A stretch of DNA of 64,000 nucleotides, from assembly GCA_004525545.1 (NCBI GenBank), contig SPCU01000001.1, forward strand, positions 3,468-67,467, in the 5' to 3' direction. Shown piece after piece: positions 56,586 through 64,000 of the stretch. This DNA is from Methanomassiliicoccus sp. GTDB lineage: Archaea > Thermoplasmatota > Thermoplasmata > Methanomassiliicoccales > UBA472. The notes under the pieces were generated by a model. The model was not told the origin of the DNA. It did not search any database and worked only from the letters and a program-made list of their open reading frames with translations. Positions within the stretch are counted from its first letter, which is position 1, and the number at the start of each line of letters is the position of its first letter. The position numbers and the translations under genes are program-made.

Positions 56586-57547
56586 TGATGAACATGGTGC
56601 AGGCCATCAATGCCGCCCTGCGCATGGAGATGGAGCGCGACCCTTCGGTGGTCATCCTGGGCGAGGATGTGGGTGTGGACGGCGGAGTGTTCAGATTGAC
56701 GGAAGGCCTTTTAGATAGATTCGGAGCGGACAGGGTCATCGACACCCCCTTGGCGGAAGCGGGCATCTCCGGCGTCGCCATCGGCATGGCCATGAACGGT
56801 CTGCGGCCGATAGCGGAGATGCAGTTCATGGGCTTCTCCTATCTTGCGCTCAATCAGATGATCAATCATGCCGCCCGCATGCGCAATCGGACCCGAGGCA
56901 GGATAACCATCCCCTTGGTCCTGCGCATGCCCTACGGGGCCGGGATCAAAGCTCTGGAACACCATTCGGAGAGCACCGAGGCGCTCTACGCGCAGATCCC
57001 GGGACTGAAGGTGGTCGTTCCCTCCACCCCCCTAGAGGCCAAAGGGCTGTTGACCGCCTCCATCAGGGACCCGGACCCGGTGGTCTTCCTGGAACCGACA
57101 CGGTCCTATCGTATGCTCAAGGAGGAGGTACCTGACGGAGAGTACCTCTTACCGTTGGGAAAGGCCAGGGTGGTGCAGGAGGGAGACGACATCACCGTAT
57201 TGGGATGGGGAGCAATGATGCCTTTGATCCAAAAGGCGGTCGATAAGGTCAAGGCCTCGGTGGAGGTCATCGACCTGAGGACGCTCTCCCCCATGGACAT
57301 CGAGACCGTCCTGGATTCGGTCAAACGCACCGGACGGGCGGTGGTGGTACATGAGGCCCCGCGCACCTGCGGGCTGGGGGCGGAGATCGCCGCCCGCATC
57401 TATGAGGGGGCGATCTTGAACATGGAGGCACCGGTGGAGAGGGTGACCGCTCCGGACATCACCATACCCTTGCCGAAAGGCGAGGACCACTACTACATCA
57501 ACGAACGAATGATAATCGAGGGCATGGAACGTACGATGAACTTCTAG
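56582..57547 (+). CDS. 2-oxoacid dehydrogenase E1 component beta subunit
   Basis: MMMNMVQAINAALRMEMERDPSVVILGEDVG...DTPLAEAGI.G.AIGMA is typical E1 beta. The ATG at 56582 overlaps the E1 alpha TGA (ATGA). Confidence 0.9.
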   Translation: MMMNMVQAINAALRMEMERDPSVVILGEDVGVDGGVFRLTEGLLDRFGADRVIDTPLAEAGISGVAIGMAMNGLRPIAEMQFMGFSYLALNQMINHAARMRNRTRGRITIPLVLRMPYGAGIKALEHHSESTEALYAQIPGLKVVVPSTPLEAKGLLTASIRDPDPVVFLEPTRSYRMLKEEVPDGEYLLPLGKARVVQEGDDITVLGWGAMMPLIQKAVDKVKASVEVIDLRTLSPMDIETVLDSVKRTGRAVVVHEAPRTCGLGAEIAARIYEGAILNMEAPVERVTAPDITIPLPKGEDHYYINERMIIEGMERTMNF

Positions 57548-57556
57548 GTGATCAGC

Positions 57557-58801
57557 ATGGCAATCGAATTCAAGTTTCCGGACCTGGGCGAAGGGATCGC
57601 CGAGGGAGAGGTCAAGAAGTGGCTGGTAAATGAGGGAGACACGGTCAGTAAGGACCAGTCACTGGCGGAGATAGAGACCGACAAAGCGGTGGTAGAAATG
57701 CCCTCCCCGGCCGCGGGTAAGATACTGAACCTCTATCACAAGGAAGGTGAGATGGTCAAGGTCGGCGAGGTGCTGGCGGTCATCGGCGAAGGAGGAGAGA
57801 CCGTGTCGACCCGGCCCCCTGTATCGAAGGCGGCGGACGATAGAACGAAGGAGGAAAGACCTCCCTCGGTCTCTGTCGTCGGCGATCTTCCCCTGGAAGA
57901 GATGGTGGTCTCCTCCGCGCCTGAGAAGCGGAGCGGCAGGGACGTATTGGCCATGCCATCGGTGAGGAAGATCGCCAAGGGGAAGGGGGTCGACCTGACG
58001 CAGGTGGTCCCGAGCGGAGCACATGGACAGGTGCTGGAGAATGACCTGGAAGGGAAGAAGGAGAGACCGAAGACCGTGCCCAAGTTCGATATTTACGGTT
58101 ATATCGATAGAATACCGATCCGGGGGATCAGACGCACCACTGCCAAGCGCATGAAGGAATCGCAGCAGAAGGTGGCCGCGGTCACCAGCATGGAACAGGC
58201 GGACGTGACCCGCTTGGTGGAGATGCGGGACAGGGTGAAGGTCCCCGCCAAAGAGAGGATGGGTGTCAACTTGACCTACATACCTTTCATCATCAAGGCG
58301 GTGGTGCAGGCATTGAAGGCGCACCCTATGCTGAACTCGATGATCGACGAGGAGCGAGAGGAGATCATCGTCAAGAAGTACTACAACATCGGCGTGGCCG
58401 TGGCCATCGACGACGGCCTCATGGTACCGGTGATCAAGGCCGCGGACCTGAAGAGCTTAAAGGAGCTGGCCGAGGAAGTGTCGGCCCTTGCCAAGAGCGC
58501 TCAGGAGCGGAAGGTGGACCTGGCGGACCTCAAGGGCGGGACGTTCAGCATCACCAACTATGGCGTGTTCGGAGGGACCTACGGGACTCCGATAATCAAC
58601 TATCCCGAGACGGCCATACTGGGGATAGGACGGATCATGGACGCGGCGCTCGTGGTCGAGGGCGCGGTCCAGGCGCGCAAGGTGCTGCCGCTATCGCTCA
58701 CTTTCGATCACCGGGCCTACGACGGCGCGGTAGCGGCCAAGTTCCTCAAGGAACTGACCTATTTATTAGAGAACCCTGAGCTGCTGCTGGTGATGGACTA
58801 A
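57557..58801 (+). CDS. dihydrolipoamide acyltransferase (E2) with one lipoyl domain
   Basis: Lipoyl-lysine motif EIETDKAVVEMPSP, a subunit-binding domain AMPSVRKIAKGKGVDLTQV and the catalytic DHRAYDG. Confidence 0.9.
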   Translation: MAIEFKFPDLGEGIAEGEVKKWLVNEGDTVSKDQSLAEIETDKAVVEMPSPAAGKILNLYHKEGEMVKVGEVLAVIGEGGETVSTRPPVSKAADDRTKEERPPSVSVVGDLPLEEMVVSSAPEKRSGRDVLAMPSVRKIAKGKGVDLTQVVPSGAHGQVLENDLEGKKERPKTVPKFDIYGYIDRIPIRGIRRTTAKRMKESQQKVAAVTSMEQADVTRLVEMRDRVKVPAKERMGVNLTYIPFIIKAVVQALKAHPMLNSMIDEEREEIIVKKYYNIGVAVAIDDGLMVPVIKAADLKSLKELAEEVSALAKSAQERKVDLADLKGGTFSITNYGVFGGTYGTPIINYPETAILGIGRIMDAALVVEGAVQARKVLPLSLTFDHRAYDGAVAAKFLKELTYLLENPELLLVMD

Positions 58802-59553
58802 CGGCCAAACGTCCAATCCTCATTGGCGTAACGTTCCCGGGCGATCAGCTCCGCCCGGGCCATCTCATCCGTTGTCAGATCGCCCACGTACCACTGTTTG
58901 TTGATGATGAAGGCGTTGGCCATGGCGGCGATGACGAAGTCCCATGGAACCTTCTTCTGCTCACGAACGCTGGTAACCCTCTCGGTAGCATCCTCGATCC
59001 CGTGCGCATCCAATTTGTCCGGGGGGACCTTCAGCACTGAGAACATCCTTACCCGGTCGATATCGTAAAGCAGTGTACCGTGCTGCGTGAATATGCCCTG
59101 ACGTCTTGATTGGGCGCTGCCGCTGATCTTCTTCCCGTTGACCAGGACGTCGTTTATAGGTTCGAAGGTCGCCTCTATGCCGATCAGCTTGAGAGCATTG
59201 ACCAACCAGCCGCCTATCTCCTGATAGGCCTCATTGATGTCATTGGGCATCATGTCCTCGGGGCACACGACACTGTAGGTTATCTCTTTGCCACTGTCGT
59301 GGAATACCGCGCCTCCGCCGGTGCTGCGGCGTACCACCTGAACGCCCAGACGTTCACACTGCTCCATGTCCACCACCTCCTCCAGGTCCTGGAAGCGGCC
59401 GATGCTGACGGCTGACGGGTCCCAACCATAGAAGCGTAAGGTCGGACCGGCCACCCTGTAACTGACCGCTTCCGCGATGGCCTCGTCCAAGGCCATGTTC
59501 ATGGCTGGCGTGTTCGCCTCATAGCGCAGCATTCTCCACCTCTTTCTCAGCAT
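58798..59553 (-). CDS. lplA: lipoate-protein ligase A, catalytic (N-terminal) domain protein
   Basis: NMALDEAI, RRSTGGGAVFHD and GKKISGSAQ motifs. It lacks the C-terminal accessory domain, which is encoded by the preceding gene. The start is ATG 59553 or 59532. Confidence 0.85.
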   Translation of the reverse strand: MLRKRWRMLRYEANTPAMNMALDEAIAEAVSYRVAGPTLRFYGWDPSAVSIGRFQDLEEVVDMEQCERLGVQVVRRSTGGGAVFHDSGKEITYSVVCPEDMMPNDINEAYQEIGGWLVNALKLIGIEATFEPINDVLVNGKKISGSAQSRRQGIFTQHGTLLYDIDRVRMFSVLKVPPDKLDAHGIEDATERVTSVREQKKVPWDFVIAAMANAFIINKQWYVGDLTTDEMARAELIARERYANEDWTFGR

Positions 59554-59831
59554 CTTAATCCCCTCAGCAGATACGCAAGGTCGGCGGGAGCGAACCCTAC
59601 CACTCGATAATCGTGCTCCTCCAGGAAACTGGCGATGACCGTCTTCGCATCCTCCATCTTCCAAGCGGAGTTTTCCATCAGGAATGATTCCAGTTTGGCC
59701 AACCCTTCCTCGGGATAGAAGAAGAAGTCACCTCTAAGTCGGAGGTCCTTTACTTCCTTCCCTTGGCAATCGACCTTAAGGACCAAGGTCTTTCCGCCAG
59801 GAACCTTGACCCTTCTTTCCAAACCCCTCAC
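59547..59831 (-). CDS. lplB: lipoate-protein ligase C-terminal domain protein (LplB-like)
   Basis: About 94 aa, GGKTLVLKVDCQGKEVKDLRLRGDFFFYPEE...LE resembles the LplA C-terminal domain. The GTG at 59831 overlaps the thioredoxin gene stop (GTGA). The split arrangement is known from Thermoplasma. Confidence 0.65.
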   Translation of the reverse strand: MRGLERRVKVPGGKTLVLKVDCQGKEVKDLRLRGDFFFYPEEGLAKLESFLMENSAWKMEDAKTVIASFLEEHDYRVVGFAPADLAYLLRGLRC

Positions 59832-60112
59832 CCCTTGGCCCAGGCCACGAGCTTTTCCATGTCCACCCGGCCGCATATGGCCTTCCCGGTGATCTCGTTG
59901 TAGAAGGCCGGGACGCCCAGGTCGCCTCCGCAGGCCGGGGCAATGGATTCGGCCAACGAACGCATGTAGGTGGCGTTTACCTCGTTATGCCAGACCTCGA
60001 GCCTCTCCAGCTTGATCCCGCTCTCCGCCTCGAACTGGTCCACCACCGGCGCAAGCTTGCGGCAATGGGGGCACTCCCTCCCGTGGAACCAAATCAATCT
60101 CTTCTCGCTCAT
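59828..60112 (-). CDS. thioredoxin/glutaredoxin-fold protein (CPHC active site)
   Basis: IWFHGRECPHCRKLAPVV in a 94-aa protein. The ATG overlaps the stop of the upstream FTR-like gene (ATGA). Confidence 0.8.
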   Translation of the reverse strand: MSEKRLIWFHGRECPHCRKLAPVVDQFEAESGIKLERLEVWHNEVNATYMRSLAESIAPACGGDLGVPAFYNEITGKAICGRVDMEKLVAWAKG

Positions 60113-60540
60113 TCAATATCCCTCTTTATGAAAAGACCGCACCAGCATTCCCCCGTCTCCTTGAAGACCGGCTGCTTCAGGAAATTGCACGGGCATATCA
60201 GGTTGAGGTCCCTTTGCCGGTCACCAGTGGTAATGCGGCAGGGACAGTAACGCTGCCCCTTGTTCCTAAGGTTCTCCAGCACTCCTTTCGATAGTAGCTC
60301 GATCTCGTCGGTCTTGTTCGTCAATCGTATCGTTGGGCTCTGGTCGGAGAACTGCTTCCAGGCGGTCACTACGTTCTGCTTGTTGTCGATGACCGAGCGG
60401 TCCTTTCCCATGATCTCCATCGCCTCGTTCATGTCTGACGGTACGAAGGCGTTCTGGGTCCCACATGTAGGACACACTTCGGGGGCCTTGTTCCCCAGGT
60501 GTATATCGTTGCAGACGTGACATCTCCAAAGTTTTTTCAT
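60109..60540 (-). CDS. rubredoxin-domain fused to ferredoxin:thioredoxin reductase catalytic-subunit-like domain
   Basis: N-terminal WRCHVCNDIH...CPTCG (rubredoxin-like). C-terminal CPCR...CPC...GECWCGLF is the FTR catalytic Cys pattern. Confidence 0.8.
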   Translation of the reverse strand: MKKLWRCHVCNDIHLGNKAPEVCPTCGTQNAFVPSDMNEAMEIMGKDRSVIDNKQNVVTAWKQFSDQSPTIRLTNKTDEIELLSKGVLENLRNKGQRYCPCRITTGDRQRDLNLICPCNFLKQPVFKETGECWCGLFIKRDIE

Positions 60541-60589
60541 GCTACCCCTCTTTAATATACGGTCGGCCACGAATATATATGATTAGAGG

Positions 60590-61108
60590 TCACCAACCAT
60601 CTCTATGGACCCTCTCATCGTCATAACGGTCAAGCGGTCTCTTCTCCTCGTCCGGGTGTCCGATAGGGACGAGGGCGAAGGGGATGACGTTCTCCGGCAA
60701 TCCTAGCAGCTGTCTCAGACCGCGCACGCGTTCCTCGATGGGGTATATACCTAGCCAGACAGCGCCTAGGTTGAGTTGTACGGCCATGATCAGCATGTTC
60801 TCCACTGCTGCTGAACAATCCTGCACCCAGAAGCCAGGATATTTCTCCAGGGTCGGATCGCCGCAGATCAGCACCGCTACCGGGCTCTGCTTGAGCATCT
60901 GCGCGTAGGGATGCACCTCCATGATGCCTTGCATCAGTCGCCTGTCGCGTACGACCACGAAGTGCCACGGTCGTTCGTTCCCGGCGGAAGGAGCGGCCAT
61001 ACCAGCCTCCAGGAGCGTTCTTATGTCCTTTTCTTCCACGTCCTGCGTGGTGTAACGCCGGATGCTGCGGCGATCGAGAATCGGATCGTTCCTCATCATC
61101 ATAGTCAT
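60590..61108 (-). CDS. nitroreductase family protein
   Basis: ILDRRSIRRYT...LLEAGMAAPSAGNERPWHFVVV is the classic nitroreductase N-terminus. Confidence 0.85.
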   Translation of the reverse strand: MTMMMRNDPILDRRSIRRYTTQDVEEKDIRTLLEAGMAAPSAGNERPWHFVVVRDRRLMQGIMEVHPYAQMLKQSPVAVLICGDPTLEKYPGFWVQDCSAAVENMLIMAVQLNLGAVWLGIYPIEERVRGLRQLLGLPENVIPFALVPIGHPDEEKRPLDRYDDERVHRDGW

Positions 61109-61180
61109 GTGGGCCCGGCGGACATATATTTATCGAGGGGGTGCGAAAAGTGGATATTGACCTTCCCTCTACACTCAATT

Positions 61181-61798
61181 ATGTCGGGCATCGAGGATCT
61201 GATCTATTCCACGACCTTGCTGTTCTTCATATTCGATCCGTTCGCTACCGTACCGTTGTTCATATCAATGACCAAAGGTCAGAGTGAACATGAACAGGCG
61301 TCCAGCGCCAACAAGGCGGTGCTGGTGGCCGGCATATTGTTCGTCATCTTCGCTCTCATCGGCACTGAGCTTCTAGGAATGTTCAGTATCACCACCGATG
61401 CTTTCCGCATCGCTGGCGGCATCGACCTGCTCCTCATGGCCATGGAGATCATTTTCTCCTTGACCCTCAGTAAGAACGAGAATTCCAGTGTCGCATGGGT
61501 GATAATAGCCACCCCCATACTGAGCGGTCCGGGAGTGATAACCACTGCCATACTGCTTGTGCACCTATATGGTCAATTTACCGTACTTATCGCCGGAGCG
61601 ATCGGTCTGGCCATCACCTGGGGCGTCATGAGGAACTCTCTGCTGATCTCAAAGAAGGTCGGCAACAATGCCATAGAGATATTCTCCAAGATCATCGGGC
61701 TCCTATTGGCGGCAATCGCCGTGGAGTTCATAATGAGGGGGGCGGTGGACTACGTCCTGAACAATTTGGACGTTGCCTTCCTGCTTCCTCTTTTCTGA
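61181..61798 (+). CDS. MarC family (UPF0056) integral membrane protein
   Basis: FFIFDPFATVPLFISMT and FRIAGGIDLLLMAMEII match the MarC family. ATG 61181 is used because the ORF-track start overlaps the nitroreductase gene antisense. Confidence 0.85.
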   Translation: MSGIEDLIYSTTLLFFIFDPFATVPLFISMTKGQSEHEQASSANKAVLVAGILFVIFALIGTELLGMFSITTDAFRIAGGIDLLLMAMEIIFSLTLSKNENSSVAWVIIATPILSGPGVITTAILLVHLYGQFTVLIAGAIGLAITWGVMRNSLLISKKVGNNAIEIFSKIIGLLLAAIAVEFIMRGAVDYVLNNLDVAFLLPLF

Positions 61799-61854
61799 AA
61801 CGACCATGCAAAGTATTTTATCTATCGTGCACAAACGATGGATAAGGTGAGGAG

Positions 61855-62115
61855 TTGAACAACTGTAAAAAGTGCGACACCGGCCTGGATGTCTTTCAGA
61901 TCGACGAGACCCCCAAGCTCATGGTGAAAGGCAGAGAGGTCGGTATAAATGACCTCGATGGGATCATGAAGGAGGTCCATGAGCTCGACCTGTCCGAAGA
62001 GCACGTGGGCAGGGAACTGCTGGAGCACGTCAAACGCAGGGACTACATACCTCCTTCTATGGAGAAGGACTACTTGCAAGCCCTACTTCAAGAGTTCAAA
62101 CGCCGCTTCGATTGA
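61855..62115 (+). CDS. hypothetical protein
   Basis: 86 aa, TTG start, charged composition. No family recognised. Confidence 0.4.
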   Translation: MNNCKKCDTGLDVFQIDETPKLMVKGREVGINDLDGIMKEVHELDLSEEHVGRELLEHVKRRDYIPPSMEKDYLQALLQEFKRRFD

Positions 62116-62163
62116 ACCCGGAATACATATCGTTCGTACAACCGGACCCTATGAGGAAATTAG

Positions 62164-62853
62164 ATGAACACTGCCATTGAAAGTAAAGACCTGGACCTCA
62201 GATTGGATATAGACGTCGCCCACCTGAAGATGCTTGACATGTCCGTGCATCTCTTGGGATACATAAACTCCTTCAGGGCCATATCGGAATTGCCGGATTA
62301 TTTAGGGAGAAGACGGGTGCGCTACGCCCTGGTCCTGATCATGCTGGACGAAATGGCGTCACTGATGGAGCTGATGAAGGAGTGCGAGCGTGGCATCACT
62401 GAGCACCTGACCGAGGTGTTCATCGAGGATTACCACTCCCCGCAGCGCCGCCAGGAAGGAGTGGAGCATGTACTGGAGGAGATAAGCAAGTCGGAGATAC
62501 TGTTCCTCAAGGTGAAGGACCAGCTGGGTCGTGAACCTTCATCTATTGATTTCGACATCTTCAAGGGACTGTTCCGTCGCTCCGGCGGGAACCTTTTCCC
62601 CCTGGTCGAAAAGACCTTACGTTACGACTGGAACAACGGAAACGATGAATCGGATATGCCTTCAGAGGATGAGTTGGACATGCTCTTCATCGCCATAGAG
62701 CTCAACGTGCGCGGGGCGGCGGAGTTCAGCTACGAATGGGCCAGGGCCAATGAGTTGGAGGTCGACTTCCGATTGGAGACCCGGTATAACAAGGACGGCA
62801 TCGATCGACGCAAGGAAAAGGGTTATTGGGTCACCGCGGCTTTATCTCCCTGA
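62164..62853 (+). CDS. hypothetical protein
   Basis: 229 aa with protein-like helical composition. No family recognised. It is followed after 13 nt by a thioredoxin gene. Confidence 0.5.
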   Translation: MNTAIESKDLDLRLDIDVAHLKMLDMSVHLLGYINSFRAISELPDYLGRRRVRYALVLIMLDEMASLMELMKECERGITEHLTEVFIEDYHSPQRRQEGVEHVLEEISKSEILFLKVKDQLGREPSSIDFDIFKGLFRRSGGNLFPLVEKTLRYDWNNGNDESDMPSEDELDMLFIAIELNVRGAAEFSYEWARANELEVDFRLETRYNKDGIDRRKEKGYWVTAALSP

Positions 62854-62866
62854 AGAGGGAGGGTGA

Positions 62867-63250
62867 ATGAACGATATCCGGGGCGTGAGCGACGAACTCT
62901 TCTCCGACCTATTGCGGAAGGAGAATAAGTTCATCGTGTTGGAGTTCTGGTCTCCAGGGTGCTCCGTTTGCAAGGAGGTCGAACCAGAACTGGTCAAGGC
63001 GAAGAAGGACCTGGGGCCTGACACGATGTTCATGAGGGTGAACACCGACCATAACAACAAGCTCGCGACCAAATACCAGGTGACCGGCACCCCTACCTTT
63101 CTCTTCTTCTGCAAGGGCCAGAAGGTGGGTGGTATCATCGGATACGTCAATGCCACCGTATTGCGTAACACCGTCAATGACCTGATCAGGCATTCGATAT
63201 CCTGTCCTCCGGGAAAACGCCCTAGCTATGAGATGGACGGTTACGGTTAA
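62867..63250 (+). CDS. thioredoxin family protein (CSVC active site)
   Basis: FIVLEFWSPGCSVCKEVEPEL...VTGTPTFLFF is the thioredoxin fold signature, including the cis-Pro region. Confidence 0.8.
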   Translation: MNDIRGVSDELFSDLLRKENKFIVLEFWSPGCSVCKEVEPELVKAKKDLGPDTMFMRVNTDHNNKLATKYQVTGTPTFLFFCKGQKVGGIIGYVNATVLRNTVNDLIRHSISCPPGKRPSYEMDGYG

Positions 63251-63285
63251 ACATTTTTATTTATGACGGTGTTAATCACCACCTC

Positions 63286-64000
63286 ATGTGGCGACCACTG
63301 TCGATCGAGTCGTGGAAGGCGCGCGGGCGGTCCGATCTGAGCGCGGTCTTTCCGGCGGTCAATGACATCATAAGGTCAGTGCGGGAGGACGGCGACCTTT
63401 CCGTCGTACGACTGACAGCTCGATTCGATAAGGTGGAATTAAAGGAATTGGAGGTCAGCAGGGAGGAGATCGAGGAAGCCTATCGTATGATCGACGATGA
63501 GCTGCTCTCCGCCCTAAGGTTCGCTCAGGAACGTATTGAGAGGTATCACCGCCGGCAGAGACCTGACGATGTCACCCTCACAAAGGAGGACGGGGCGTCC
63601 CTGGGCTGGAAATACTCTCCCCTGGATACCGTAGGGGTGTACATACCTGGTGGCAGGGCCTCCTATCCGAGCACCGCTCTGATGTGCGCCGTACCGGCCA
63701 AGGTGGCCGGGGTCCGATGTGTGGTGGCCTGCACACCCCCGCCAGTGCATCCCTTGACCATAGTGGCCTTGGACCTGGCCGGGACCGACCGCATATTCAA
63801 ATGCGGTGGCGCTCAGGCCATAGCGGCCATGGCCTTTGGGACGGGGACGGTTCCCAAGGTGCAGAAGATCGTAGGTCCTGGGAACATCTATGTCACAGCG
63901 GCAAAAGTGCTGCTCCGCCAGGAAGTGGAGATAGACTTCCCCGCCGGGCCCAGCGAGATAGCCATATTGGCCGACGAAAGCGCTCGCCCGGAGAACGTGG
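63286..64000 (+). CDS. hisD: histidinol dehydrogenase (3' end outside window)
   Basis: My own translation from ATG 63286 gives ...GVYIPGGRASYPSTALMCAVPAKVAGV...GGAQAIAAMAFGT..VPKVQKIVGPGNIYVTAAK...AGPSEI, which is typical HisD. The frame stays open to the window end. Confidence 0.9.
   Translation, partial: MWRPLSIESWKARGRSDLSAVFPAVNDIIRSVREDGDLSVVRLTARFDKVELKELEVSREEIEEAYRMIDDELLSALRFAQERIERYHRRQRPDDVTLTKEDGASLGWKYSPLDTVGVYIPGGRASYPSTALMCAVPAKVAGVRCVVACTPPPVHPLTIVALDLAGTDRIFKCGGAQAIAAMAFGTGTVPKVQKIVGPGNIYVTAAKVLLRQEVEIDFPAGPSEIAILADESARPENV

Noticed and set aside
57659-58324. 221-aa minus-strand ORF inside the E2 gene
   Set aside because: It is an antisense shadow ORF, and the E2 frame has lipoyl, PSBD and catalytic motifs.
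60630-61180. 182-aa minus-strand alternative frame, and the 90-codon N-terminal extension of the MarC ORF (60911-61180)
   Set aside because: Both overlap the nitroreductase gene, whose frame carries the family motifs. The MarC conserved N-terminus starts at 61181.
1-64000. Search for CRISPR arrays, transposases, integrases, prophage or toxin-antitoxin modules
   Set aside because: I noticed no regularly spaced direct repeats, terminal inverted repeats, or recombinase or transposase motifs. The only exact repeat seen is the 33-nt duplication within the OppD-like gene.

Overview
This window is an archaeal chromosomal segment, moderately GC-rich by eye, and densely packed with housekeeping genes. 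These include Rpo7, Spt4, ribosomal proteins S24e, S27ae, S19e, L39e and L31e, aIF6, FEN1, archaeal-type SAM synthetase, IleRS, LeuRS, RNase Z, class III ribonucleotide reductase, membrane H+-pyrophosphatase, SRP RNA and one tRNA. Three features point to a Thermoplasmata-like euryarchaeon, by inference only: a split LplA/LplB lipoate ligase, a lipA-E1alpha-E1beta-E2 2-oxoacid dehydrogenase operon, and a decayed MtaA-like methyltransferase fragment. I saw no CRISPR array, transposase, integrase or rRNA.

The most system-like unexplained locus is a six-gene operon at 26221-30491. It encodes a 2-TM micro-protein and a 177-aa helical protein. It also encodes a YdjI-type SPFH protein with a glycine-zipper segment and three tandem zinc ribbons. 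The last three genes are translationally coupled paralogues of an unnamed zinc-ribbon family, two of them membrane-anchored. The architecture recalls the Bacillus pspA-ydjGHI membrane-stress operon, but I can recognise no PspA.

Other notable observations:
- IleRS carries a roughly 335-aa C-terminal HhH + zinc-ribbon + DUF835-like extension.
- A tRNA-Arg(CCG) appears to carry two introns.
- An AcnX small-subunit (DUF126) domain is fused to a Nudix domain.
- The family-5 ABC substrate-binding protein appears circularly permuted.
- The OppD-like ATPase has large insertions, including a zinc ribbon and a 45-bp in-frame tandem duplication.
- Two gene remnants lie next to the SRP RNA gene.
- The 2-oxoacid dehydrogenase operon lacks E3 and is convergent with a rubredoxin-FTR / thioredoxin / LplB / LplA operon.

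All family assignments come from reading motifs by eye. No database search was run.
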